The translations under genes and the position numbers were made by a program. Shown one piece after another: positions 1-10,170 of a stretch of 54,762 bases of DNA; position 1 is the stretch's first letter; every line of letters begins with the position of its first letter. Under the pieces are notes generated by a model. It had not been told where the DNA came from, did no database searches, and was given only the letters and a program-made list of their open reading frames with translations. Source of the DNA: Prasinococcaceae sp. CCMP 1430 (Eukaryota > Plantae > Prasinodermophyta); assembly GCA_013416795.1 (NCBI GenBank), contig RQSC01000750.1, positions 126,946-181,707 of the forward strand. Reading direction: 5' to 3'.

Positions 1-12
1 CCCGACCGGAGT

Positions 13-48
13 TTTTGATTTTGATTTTGATTTTGATTTTGATTTTGA
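13..48. repeat. (TTTTGA)6 perfect hexamer tandem repeat upstream of the MAPK gene
   Basis: Read directly: six consecutive TTTTGA units. Confidence 0.95.
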
Positions 49-565
49 TTCTTGGCGTTTGGTTGGCGGGTGCGCGCGCCTCGCGCGCGAGAGAGAGAGA
101 GCGGGGGGGAGGCGCGAGCGCGAGCGGCGCGGCGGCGGCGCACCCCCGGAGGGCGGTGAGGTGCGCGTGCGGACCCCCAGTGGGTGCCAGCCAGGGGCTG
201 CATTGACGACGGGCGAGCTCCCCGAAGTCAACTGCGCCAAGGGGACGCCGCGCGTTCCCCGGACTCACAGCAGGCGCCTCCGGGCTGCCCGACCGTGCCC
301 TGACAGTGACAGCCCTCGCAGCGGCCGGTCGCCGGGCGGCCGCGCGCTCCCGAGCGGCCGAGGAGGTCGCCGAGCGGGCGGGCGCGCTCGGCGCGCCCCC
401 CGCGGTGCAGACCGGGGCCACGATGAACGCCGGGCTCCAAGGGCCCTTCCACGCGCACGCTAGCACGCTGAGCACGCGCCCGCGCGGTGCGGCGCGAGCG
501 GCGGGGCGGTGGGCGAGCCGTCAGCGGTGGGCGCCTCCGCGCCGCCATCGCTGGTGCCGGCGCCG

Positions 566-2458
566 ATGCCAGCGTCGCTCAGCGTCATCCCGTCGCCGTC
601 CGACGCGCGGGGCGGGGCGTTGCTCGAGGATGGCGAGCGTGCCCCCCGGCAACACCAGCACGCGAGCTACCGGCAGACCATGCCGCAGCAGCGGTCGTCG
701 CCCCCGCTGAGCCAGCACAGCCGACCCCCCCTCCCTCCGGGCCTGCCGCGGCCGCCCGGGAGCTCCAGCCCCCCGTCGAGGCGCGCGCGGCGGCCGGTGC
801 CGGACTGGGGCAGCGCCACCGCCAAGGCAGCGCTCGCAGCGCTCGTCGACGTGGACTCTCGGTACACGCCGCTGAAGCAGATCGGCACGGGCGCGTACGG
901 TGTGGTGGTCGCCGCGCGGGACGAGCTCTCCGGGGACCGCGTGGCGGTCAAGAAGGTGTCGAACGTCTTCTCCAATGCCATCGACGCCCGCCGCACGCTG
1001 CGGGAGATGGCGCTCATGCGCCACCTGCGGCACGACAACGTGGCGCCGCTCCGCGACGTGCTGTGCACGGGCGACGACGTCTTCCTGGTGTACGAGCTCA
1101 TGGACACCGACCTGCACCGCATCTTGCGCTCGTCGCAGCCGCTGTCCGACGACCACGTGTCGTTCTTCCTGTACCAGGTCCTCCGCGCCCTCAAGTACGT
1201 GCACTCGGCGGACGTCATGCACCGTGACATCAAGCCCTCCAACCTCCTCGTCAACGCCAACTGCGACCTTTGCATCTGCGACTTCGGGCTCGCGAGGGCC
1301 GGGGCGACTCCACCCGACGGCGAGGAAGGGCGCGAGCTCTTCTTCACCGAATACGTCGTCACGCGCTGGTATCGCGCGCCGGAGCTGCTCCTCAGCTGCC
1401 CGTCGTACTCGCAGGCGGTCGACATGTGGAGCGTGGGCTGCGTGCTCGCGGAGCTGCTCGGGCGACGGCCGCTGTTCCCCGGGCGCGACTACATCAACCA
1501 GCTCAACCTGCAGCTGAGGGTGCTCGGCACGCCCAGCAACGAAGATCTGAAGCACGTCACCAACGCCCACGCCCTGCGCTACGTGCGTTCCATGGCCGAC
1601 ATGCCGGGCATCTCGCTGGCGTCGCTGTACCCCAAGGCCAACCCGCTCGCCATCGACCTGCTCGAGAAGATGCTGGTCTTCGTGCCGGAGAAGAGGATCA
1701 GCGTGAAGGAGGCGCTCGAGCACCCTTACTTGGCGCAGCTCCACGACGTGATGGACGAGCCCACGTACGCCAACACGTTCTCGCAGCATGCGCTGCCGAC
1801 GACCGGCCCCTGTGCAGCGGCCGGCCAACAGCAGGCGACGCTGCCCATCAGCCCAGCCCAGGCGCCCTTGACCCCCGTGAGCATGCGGTCCCCGGGCAGG
1901 GCGACCAAGCAGGCGGAGGCCACGCCGATGGCGACGACTCCGATGGACACCGGGTTCCCCGCGGGGCCGCGTCAGCCTCAGCAGCAGCCACCGCAGCGGA
2001 GCATCTCCACGCCTTGCGCGGGGCGCTGGCCGTTCTGGGACGCGTGCGGCGATGGCCAGGAGTGCGCAGGCGGGGGCTGCCAACGCCCGAGCGCCGCCGA
2101 TCCGAGGCACGCGGACGTCGCGGCGAGCTGGGCGGGCGTGTCGCACAGCCAGGAGCCTTGCAGCGGGCGCCCGGTGATCAAGCTGCCGTGCGATGACGAC
2201 GTGCCCACCGTCGAGGACGTGCGCGACCGGGTGGTGCAAGAGATGCTTCGCTTCCACCCGGAGTTTGGTGACGAGCTGGCGAACATCGCGGCGGACCGGA
2301 CCCCGCAGGTGCCACCGCCAACGCCCGTCATGCTCGGCGCGCCCCCGATCGCCAGGAGGCAGGAGCAGCGGCGGCGGATCCACCTGCAGCAGCCTGGCAA
2401 ACACGGCGACGAGGGCGCGGCCGGCGTGCTCATGCAGCTCACCCCTACGGGCCGCTGA
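566..2458 (+). CDS. MPK: Mitogen-activated protein kinase, plant group A/B-like (TEY activation loop)
   Basis: [43 protein letters not shown]-type LHDVMDEP and terminal EMLRFHPE. First in-frame ATG is 566 (ORF track starts at GTG 509). Possible in-frame intron 1765-2163. Confidence 0.93.
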   Translation: MPASLSVIPSPSDARGGALLEDGERAPRQHQHASYRQTMPQQRSSPPLSQHSRPPLPPGLPRPPGSSSPPSRRARRPVPDWGSATAKAALAALVDVDSRYTPLKQIGTGAYGVVVAARDELSGDRVAVKKVSNVFSNAIDARRTLREMALMRHLRHDNVAPLRDVLCTGDDVFLVYELMDTDLHRILRSSQPLSDDHVSFFLYQVLRALKYVHSADVMHRDIKPSNLLVNANCDLCICDFGLARAGATPPDGEEGRELFFTEYVVTRWYRAPELLLSCPSYSQAVDMWSVGCVLAELLGRRPLFPGRDYINQLNLQLRVLGTPSNEDLKHVTNAHALRYVRSMADMPGISLASLYPKANPLAIDLLEKMLVFVPEKRISVKEALEHPYLAQLHDVMDEPTYANTFSQHALPTTGPCAAAGQQQATLPISPAQAPLTPVSMRSPGRATKQAEATPMATTPMDTGFPAGPRQPQQQPPQRSISTPCAGRWPFWDACGDGQECAGGGCQRPSAADPRHADVAASWAGVSHSQEPCSGRPVIKLPCDDDVPTVEDVRDRVVQEMLRFHPEFGDELANIAADRTPQVPPPTPVMLGAPPIARRQEQRRRIHLQQPGKHGDEGAAGVLMQLTPTGR

Positions 2459-3183
2459 CACCCATACAAAATAACAGGAGAGGAGAGAGCTGGGCGACCT
2501 GCATGGGATGCGCGCACCCCCCCCCTGCGCGCGCGCGCAAACGCGCTCGCACGGAGGTGGTGGCGCGCGTCACCACGCAGGCACGCCCTCACCCAATTCC
2601 TGCCCCCTACATCATGATGCATTGTGCGCTGCTTGCCAGCAGACGCGCCGGCGCCACACAGGCGCGGCGCGCGCGGCGAGAGCGCCCCCAACCTTCCGTA
2701 ACTGAACTGCGGATACACAAATGCGCGCTGCACCCTCCACTGAGCCCACGCGCTCAACTCGCACTGGGCGCGCCCTGGTGGCGATGCGGGCGTAGAACGC
2801 GCCCTCGTGCAGCGTGCTGCGTGCGCTCCCCACCACCACCACCACCCCTCCCGTCAGTAGCTGTCACTACGCTGTCAGCCTCTCACCACCTCTCCCGGGC
2901 GCCCTCCCCGCCACGTCCGCCAGCGCTGGCCCCCGTGCGGCCCCCACGCACTGTTCGTCGCCGAGGCCCGTCCGCGAAGAGGCCTTTTCGGGCGCCCGGC
3001 CGGGCCGTTTCTGGCACAAGCAACGAGTTGGGGTTGGGAGTATTCTTATATCAAATTGAGAGAGCTCACGGAAATATATAGTGTAAACCCTGACATCGAA
3101 ATGACACATCAAATCGCAGGCTTGTTCGTGCGGAGGGCAGCGAAAAGCGACTTGGTCAAATGTAGAGTAACCCGAACTCGCAG

Positions 3184-3233
3184 CGAAATGATCCGAAATG
3201 AATCGAAATGGATCAAAATGACACATACAAATG
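3184..3233. repeat. Degenerate 10-bp-period repeat (CGAAATG core) in the AT-rich interval before INCENP
   Basis: CGAAATG at 3184, 3194, 3204 and CAAAATG at 3214; AAATGACACAT occurs at both 3099 and 3216. Confidence 0.85.
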
Positions 3234-3244
3234 CATTAGACAAC

Positions 3245-3261
3245 TAACCCTAAAACCCTAA
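3245..3261 (+). promoter_or_regulatory. Telomere-like / telo-box motif (TAACCCTAAAACCCTAA)
   Basis: AAACCCTAA at 3253-3261 matches the plant telo-box. TAGGGTTT copies also lie in intergenic islands at 36301 and 46499. Confidence 0.55.
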
Positions 3262-3307
3262 TGTACACGGCCGCGCTCCCTGGCAACAAAAAAAATCAAA
3301 AAGATTT

Positions 3308-3434
3308 AACGGTCCCTCGAGAAGCTCATCACACACATTCTGACCTCTCCTTTTTTGGTTTTTGTTCCTAATTGAGGGTATTTTGTGGACGTCAAAACGA
3401 ACGGAAGCGAGGGACGGCCGTTCTAGCCGTTGGA
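3308..3434. promoter_or_regulatory. Cluster of MSA-like (AACGG) elements upstream of INCENP
   Basis: AACGG at 3308 and 3400 (+) and CCGTT at 3418 and 3427 (-). The reverse complement of 3424-3434 is TCCAACGGCTA, a full match to the MSA consensus YCYAACGGYYA. Confidence 0.65.
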
Positions 3435-3687
3435 TGCGCGTGCGTCCCCATCAAAACGCATTGGGGCGCGCGTCGTTGTTTGCCGGCCCGCGCGCGCGCG
3501 CGGGGGCGGCGTCGCCCGCCGGGGCGCGCGGGGATCCCATTCGATTTCGCGGGGTTCAAATGCGGTCGCGGCGGGTGCGAAGCGGTGGCGAATCGCGGGG
3601 GGAGCGCGGCGCGAAAACCGCGCGCGCCGCGCGCCGCGCGCCGCATCGGCGAATCGGCGCATCGGCGCATCGGCGCTGCAGCGCGGG

Positions 3688-6600
3688 ATGGCGCAGAAGA
3701 TGGAGACCATCGTGGGAGAGCTGCGCTCGCTCGCGGCGAAGAAGCTGGCGGAGGTGGATGCCGAGGGCGCGCGCCACCGCGAGTGGCTGCAGGATACCGC
3801 GGAGAAGACCAAGGCGGCGCTCGCCAAGCTGCGCGAGGAGGGCGCTGCTGCGGCTCCCGCGGGCGCGCCCCCGCGCCGGGCGCTCAAGGACGCCGCCGCC
3901 GCTGACAAGGAGAACGCTAGCGCTGCGCCCGCCAAGCGCAGCGGGCGGTCCACCCGCGCGGCGAGGCGGAACGCAGCGAGCTCCGACGATTGGCAGACGC
4001 TTGCCGCGATGGGCCACTCCGAGGCGGATGCGCGCCGCGCGCTCGCCGCGTGCAACGGGGATTTGCAGGGTGCCACGAAGATGCTCATGAAGGAGAAGAA
4101 GGCGGCCAAGGCTGGCGACGACTCTCACCCCGCGCCGGCCGCACCGCAGAATGACGTCGTCGTCATCCCCGACTCGCCGGTCCCGGCGTCCGATGCGGGA
4201 GATGACGTCGCTGCCGACTCTGATGTCGAGGAGGCCGCGACGCCTGTCCAGCTGCATGATGACGGTCTTCGCGACATGAAGCTCTACGAGGTGAAGGCGC
4301 TGCGCGTGGTGGTGCTGCGCGAGGCGTGCAAGGTTCGTGGGCTTGACTCCACAGGCACCAAGGCGACTATGATGGAGCGGCTGGGGCCTGCGCTGGAGGC
4401 AGAGCGCGCGTTAGCCGAAGAGGTGGTGCCGCCCTCACCCGAAGCTGAGGTGCCGGCGCAGGAGGATGCGGACGCCGAGGTCGTCGACGCGAACCCGGAC
4501 GAGGTGCTGGGGCCCGAGGAGTCGCCAGAGCTCGAGCAGCCCTTGAAGGGGCGCGCATCGCGCCGCGCGAGCCGCTTGAGCTGCGCGCACGAGCTGCGGC
4601 CGATGGACAAGCGCGAGGCACGCCGTGTCAGCCGCGCGCATGCGATCGCCTCACATGGCGTGCCGCCGCTCGTGCCCAAGCCCGCCGATGCCCCAGCGCC
4701 CGCAGCTGCGGCAACCGAGCGGCAGCAGGGAGGACAGCCTTCCCCTGAGGAGGAGGCGGACTCGGCAGGTAAGCCGCGGCAGAGCCTGTTCGCGGGCAAG
4801 ACACCAGCTGCGAACCGCGCGCGCGGCAAGTCAGCCTGCCCGACTACCGGCAAGCGGCGCTTGCGTGGCCCGGCGGCGCTGCCCGACTCGCCCACGGAGG
4901 GTGTCACGCCATCCAAGCCAACGCGACGCATTCCCGCCGCCCCTGCGATGCCATCGACCACGGCGGCGATCGCTCCGAGTGGCCTGCCCCCGTCTTCGCC
5001 GATGCAACTCTGCTCGCCGCGCCACAGCGGCGGCGCAATTAAGCGTGCTCAGGACGCCAGCCCCGGCGCCAAGGCTGTCGGCAGCAGCCCGGCCATGCGC
5101 CGCACGTCGAAGCTCCGCCGTTCGCACGAGAACACGATGAAGCTGGGAGTGCGGGCTGCTGCCGTGCCAGTGGCAGCAACGGCTGCCGATCCCACCGCGG
5201 CGTCCCAGGCCTCGCCCAAAGCGCACGAGGAGGTGGAACCTGTGGTCTCTGAGCACCAGCTTCAAACGGGGTCACAGCAGGACGCCGAAAAGCGGGAGCA
5301 ACCTGGGCCTGATTTCGAGCCCAAGACGCAGCAGCAGCAGCAGCAGCAGCAGCCGGATCAGCGCGAGCAGCCTGTTGGCATGGACGTGTGTGAGGCATCC
5401 CATGCTGCTGGCGCCCCAGTCTCCGGGGGTGGGTTGGCCGACTCGGCTGTGGGGACTGTGGCACCGATGTCAGCCATGAACGCAAAGACTCCGGCGGCAC
5501 ACGCGCTGCCAGTATCGCAGCACGGCAGCAGTGGCCCTTCTTCGCGATCCGGTGGCAACAGCAGCGCGGACCCGCAGAAAAGTGCTGCTGCTAACGCTGC
5601 CTGGGAGCGCCTTCAGAAGCGCCGCGTGCACGGCGCCGGTGGCCCGTCGCCGCCCAGTGCTGGGGCGGATGCCGCTGTGGCCGCGGCCGAGCATCAACCT
5701 GCTGCCGCGGCGAACACGGAGGCTAAGAAGCCCACTGCCGCAGTCTCACGTGCGGCGGCTCGTCCCGGCGCTCAGGCACAGAGTGGTACTGCCGCGCCCA
5801 CGCCTGCGAACCGGCTCGCTGCGGCCGCCAGACCCGTGTCCGCGGCGCCGGCGACAAAGTCACACTCGCAGACGGTGGCAGAGCATCGTAAGCGCCTCGA
5901 GGAGGAGCAGCGCAAGAAGCAGGCGGAGTGGGAGCGCAAGGAGCGCGAGCTGGAAGTTCGCCGCAAGGCTGCTGAGACTGCGGAGCGCGAGGAGCGCCGC
6001 CGCAAGGCGGAGGAGGCGACGGCGCGGCGCAAGGAGGCGGAAGCGCGCTCGAAGGCTGCGACCGAGGAGCGTGAGAGGCTGCGGGCGGAGGCTGCAAAGG
6101 CCGAGGAGGCGAGGCGCAAGGCTGAGGAGGCTGAGAGGCGGCGACGCATGGTCGAGCGCGCGCAGGAGGCACAGCGCAAGGCGGCTGGCGCCGAGCGGAG
6201 GCGAAAGGAGGAGGAGGCGCGCAAGGCGGAGAGGGCGGAGGCAGAGCGCAAAGCCAAGGCTGCACGGGAGGCTGCTGCGACCGCTGCTGCTAACGTCAAG
6301 CGCTCTGCCGAGGAGCAGCGCCGGGTGGCAGAGAAGGCAGCGGCGGCGATTCGCGCCAAGAACGCTGCCACCGCAGCAGCTGGCAGGCCGGCACCGGCGA
6401 CTTCGACCACCTCTTTGACTTCGTTGGGTGGCGCGCATTCGGTGGGTTCTGGCGCGCTGCAGGGCCTCCTCGCCAAGAAGCAGGCCACGGCGGTGCACAA
6501 GCCCTCACTAGCGACTCCGTCGGCGCCGGCGCAGCGGCTGGGCGGCGCTGTGCGCGTCACGCAGGAGGAGGCATACCAGAGCTATGAGATCAGCCCATAC

Positions 6601-6888
6601 CGCGAGAACAGCGACTCCGAGGACGACGCTCCGCGCAAAGCTATCCCGAGGTGGGCACACCGCGAGCTGCTCGCCCACCGCCTTCGTGCGCAGCAGTACG
6701 TGGACCCGGACAAGGTGTTCGGAAAGATGGGGGGGACGACGACGGACCTCAGCGCCGTCTTCGATGGCGCCGTTGGCAACAAGCGCAAGCCAAACTTCAA
6801 GCGCCGCTCGTCCACCGGCAACTGGGCAGCTGACCTGCTCACGTTCCAGGAGGAGCTCCACTACCGGCAGGCGATGGGCTTCCACTGA
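3688..6888 (+). CDS. INCENP: Inner centromere protein (chromosomal passenger complex scaffold) with extra UBA-like and SAP-like domains
   Basis: N-terminal helix (KKLAEVDAEGARHREWLQ) resembles INCENP_N; long E/R/K/A single-alpha-helix at about 5880-6360; C-terminal IN-box (YEISPY..SDSEDD..IPRWA..Q..VDPDKVFG..DLSAVF..RRSSTGNW). ATG 3688 is the first ATG matching the conserved N-terminus (the ORF track starts at ATG 3430). Confidence 0.88.
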   Translation: MAQKMETIVGELRSLAAKKLAEVDAEGARHREWLQDTAEKTKAALAKLREEGAAAAPAGAPPRRALKDAAAADKENASAAPAKRSGRSTRAARRNAASSDDWQTLAAMGHSEADARRALAACNGDLQGATKMLMKEKKAAKAGDDSHPAPAAPQNDVVVIPDSPVPASDAGDDVAADSDVEEAATPVQLHDDGLRDMKLYEVKALRVVVLREACKVRGLDSTGTKATMMERLGPALEAERALAEEVVPPSPEAEVPAQEDADAEVVDANPDEVLGPEESPELEQPLKGRASRRASRLSCAHELRPMDKREARRVSRAHAIASHGVPPLVPKPADAPAPAAAATERQQGGQPSPEEEADSAGKPRQSLFAGKTPAANRARGKSACPTTGKRRLRGPAALPDSPTEGVTPSKPTRRIPAAPAMPSTTAAIAPSGLPPSSPMQLCSPRHSGGAIKRAQDASPGAKAVGSSPAMRRTSKLRRSHENTMKLGVRAAAVPVAATAADPTAASQASPKAHEEVEPVVSEHQLQTGSQQDAEKREQPGPDFEPKTQQQQQQQQPDQREQPVGMDVCEASHAAGAPVSGGGLADSAVGTVAPMSAMNAKTPAAHALPVSQHGSSGPSSRSGGNSSADPQKSAAANAAWERLQKRRVHGAGGPSPPSAGADAAVAAAEHQPAAAANTEAKKPTAAVSRAAARPGAQAQSGTAAPTPANRLAAAARPVSAAPATKSHSQTVAEHRKRLEEEQRKKQAEWERKERELEVRRKAAETAEREERRRKAEEATARRKEAEARSKAATEERERLRAEAAKAEEARRKAEEAERRRRMVERAQEAQRKAAGAERRRKEEEARKAERAEAERKAKAAREAAATAAANVKRSAEEQRRVAEKAAAAIRAKNAATAAAGRPAPATSTTSLTSLGGAHSVGSGALQGLLAKKQATAVHKPSLATPSAPAQRLGGAVRVTQEEAYQSYEISPYRENSDSEDDAPRKAIPRWAHRELLAHRLRAQQYVDPDKVFGKMGGTTTDLSAVFDGAVGNKRKPNFKRRSSTGNWAADLLTFQEELHYRQAMGFH

Positions 6889-7188
6889 CGCGAACGCAGA
6901 TCCATCGACATCGCAGGGCCGCTGCCGGCGAGCGCGGGCTGCCTTATTTGCGACCCCTGCTACAGCCAGAGCGCGGCCATCGTCCCTTGTACCATCAACT
7001 TAACTTGAACATAAACAACTAGGACATCAACTCCGCTCACGATCTCCGCGCGCAGTCCCCCTCTCGCTGCGCGCTGCGTGCCGGCACGCCGTGCACACAC
7101 GTCGCAAGCGAGTCACGCAATACATGCGATATTACAGGATGTACGCTGCTCCCGCAGAAGCCAGGCGGTGGCGCACCCAGGGGAAGCC

Positions 7189-9602
7189 TCAAGATCGAGC
7201 ACCGTGGTCTCGATTCTTTGCATCCCCCCTCGATTTCGTTTTGACTCTGTCGAGCTCGGAGCTGAGTGAGGCTACCATCTCGCGCAGGCGCTCTAACTCA
7301 GCGTCCTTGTCATCCTCGGAGAGCACATCGCCCGCTCCAGCCAGTGCCTTCACGTCGCTTTTCGGTGCAGGGACCTCCTTCACACCCGGGGCACTGGCCG
7401 GGCTGCTCGGCGCTGAGGTGTGCGATGCCATTTCTGCCGCCATCACGGAAGGAACACTCTGCGTGCGATGGAAATCGTTGACCGCACGCAGGTGCTGTGT
7501 GAGTGTGCTGCTCACTGACTTGTGCGTGTCGCGCGGAGCACCCGCGGTGCCGTTGAGAGAGCTCCTGCCGGCGCGTCGACTGGCGCTGGAATCGCTGCCA
7601 GGCAGCACCCAGCTGCGTAGGAGCTCTCGTGCGGCTGGTCTGTCTGCCGGGTCCGTCGCGAGCAAGCTGCGCGCGAGCGACGCCAGACGGGGGTAGCGCC
7701 CCACCATCGACTTTGGCATCTCCAGCCGCTCGCGCGCGGCGTGGATGATGTGCACCCGCTCCGATTCTGTGTGGTCTGGGCCACGGGAGACGCCCAGCAT
7801 CTCGACCAAGACTACCCCGAGCGAGTACATGTCGGCCTTCGAGGAATAGTTTGAGCGCATGCGCTGCTCTGCGCGGTGCAAAAGAACAGGCGCATCCAGG
7901 GTCAGAGCCGCGCGACAGCAGCTGCGAAAACGAGGGCTCGAACCTCCGTGCACGAGTGCGCGTGTGCACGCGCGCGCAGCTTACCAGGCGCCGAGTACAT
8001 CGCCGTCCCAACGCCGCGGGTCATGCCCCCCCGTCCGTCGAACTTCGCTTCACGTTGACGTGCCGAGCCGGCGTCCTCCCGCGCCGCCGAAAGTCGGGGG
8101 TCCAGCGTAGCGAGCCCAAAGTCGCCTAGCTTGACCTGCGGCTCGAGCTCCGATGGTCCCGGGAGGACGAAGATGTTGCTTGGTTTGATGTCGCGATGAA
8201 CGACGCCGTGGCTGTGAATGTAGTCCAGAGCCTTGATTATCCCGCCCATGATCGCCATGATAGGCGCGAGCTCCCTCTGCTCGCAATTGCCTTGCTCCAC
8301 GAGCCACTGCGTGAGCGTGATGCCCTGGCAGAGCTCCATCGCGATGTGCAAGCAGTACGGCCAATCGACCGAGGCGGCCTGCGCTGCAGGCGTCACGAGC
8401 TTGACAAGGGAGCTGCCATCCATGCCCGCGCTCGGGTCCCCGTCGCTGGTGGCGTCATCGGCTTGGCCCGTGTCGGTGACGTAGCTGTCCGAGTAGTCAT
8501 AGTCATCGCTGCCTTGGCTGACTGGATCTGAGATGACACGCGAGACGGCGCCGGGCGCCACGGTCGATGCACGGTCGTGCTGCACGCTCGCCAGCGCCAG
8601 GCCCAGCCCTTCCGAGTCGCCGCGCGCGCCTGGGCTCTCGCTCAGCTCGCGAATCAGGATCCCCCCGTCGGCTCCCCTCCCCCCTCTTTCCCCTCCGCGA
8701 ACATCCGCCGCCCCACCGATAGGTTGCCGCCACGATCGCGAGCGGAGTCCCGAAGCGTGCGGACCGGCGCTCTCAGCGCCGCCGACAGTCTCGACTAGCC
8801 GCTCCCATCGCGGTTCGATCCACGCCGAGTGGTAGCGCACAACGTTCGGGTGGTCGATGAGCGCCAGAGCGCGAGCCTCCCGCAGGAGATCGTCGTGCAG
8901 CGTCTCGAGAACGCCTCGCTTCGCCCATGGCGGCGCCGCGCTGCGGAAAGGCACTCGCTTGAGTGCCACCAGCCGCCCGTCGAGGCGCCCGCGTGCCGCG
9001 ACCACCTCTCCGAACCCACCCCTGCCGAGCGCGCGCAGCTCCTCGAAGTGCGCGCGGTAAGGGCTCAGAAGGCGCGACAGGCCCTCGGGCAGCTGACCGC
9101 CGCTTGCGGACACTAGCTGCGCGACGGCGGCCGTGGCAGCGGCACCAGCGTCCAGTTCGCCGTCGCCATCGTCCGTGCTGCTCCCCGCCGCCGTGCGGAT
9201 GATCTCGGAGAAGACGTCCCCGCCGAGTGTGCCGCCACCCCCGCCGAGTGTGCCGCCACCGGCGTTGGCGCCCGACTGGGCGCGCGCGGCGCCCTGCGGA
9301 GCCCCCGTCGCAATCGCCGACAGCACCTGGCCGGCGGAGAAGGCGCCTGCCCGCACGGCCCTCCCATCGCCGCGGCCGAGCTCGAGCTCGTCGTCCAGCG
9401 AGAGGACGGACAGCTCCTCGGCGCTGACCTCGTGCATTGCCGCTCGCATCGCTGAGTGTAGAACGTCAGCGTCGGCGTCGATTATCTCCACGTCCTCGAC
9501 GTCATCGGACGCATCCCCTTCCGGCTCCAGCATCGCCCCTTCCCCCACCTCGTCCTCGCCGCCAGAGGCGCCACCGCCGCCGTCCACCTCGAATCGCACC
9601 AT
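7189..9602 (-). CDS. eIF2-alpha kinase family protein, HRI-like (no GCN2 RWD/HisRS domains); exons 9602-7985 and 7868-7189, 765 aa
   Basis: LGRGGFGEV, HPNVVRYHSAWIE, long kinase insert, [44 protein letters not shown] and a C-terminal coiled coil. A GTAAG..CAG intron (7984-7869) restores the APE motif in frame. Confidence 0.85.
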
Positions 9603-9725
9603 CGCCGCCGCGACGGACGGACGCCGCGCGCGGCGGCGGCGGCGGCTGCCCGATGCGCCCGCCGCTTGCACCTCCCTCCCTCCCTCCCGCTCTGTTTCCC
9701 CCCTCCGCGGGGCCGAAAGAAGGGA

Positions 9726-9752
9726 GGGGGGGGGGGGGGGGGGGGGGGGGGG
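9726..9752. repeat. Poly-G run
   Basis: Read directly. Confidence 0.9.
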
Positions 9753-10170
9753 CGGGGGAGGAAGGGGGGCCGCGCCACGCGCGCGCCCACTGCCGCCCCG
9801 CCGCCCGCCAGCTGCGCTCGATCGAAGCTTCCGGACGCACCCGCCGGCCGACCGATCGACGCGAGATCCAGATCCCCATCCACAGCCTGCCAAAAAAAAA
9901 AACGTTTGGTGAGGAAGTGCTGCGTGGGGGCGCACGCAGACCGGTGAACTGACAGGGGGAAAAGACGCCGGCACCCCTCCCCGGCGATGCCACAAAACTG
10001 ACTCTTTTTTTTAAAAAAAAAAATTGCGGACCGGCGCCCCGCCATGAGGATTCGCCCGCGGGGAAAAATAAAATAAATTTAAAAAAAAAAAAAAAAAAAA
10101 CGCGTGCGCCAGGTGCGTTTTGACGTGCGCATCGCGGGCGCTCACGAACCCGAGCGCGCGCGTGGGTTCC

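Noticed and set aside
521-2461. 646-aa minus-strand ORF
   Set aside because: Antisense shadow of the MAPK caused by GC3-biased codons; no motifs. The same applies to 10195-12534, 25801-27639, 21653-22555 and most Arg/Ala/Pro-rich ORFs in the track.
3430-3687. 86-aa N-terminal extension of INCENP in the ORF track
   Set aside because: It overlaps promoter motifs and UTR-like repeats; INCENP_N similarity starts at ATG 3688.
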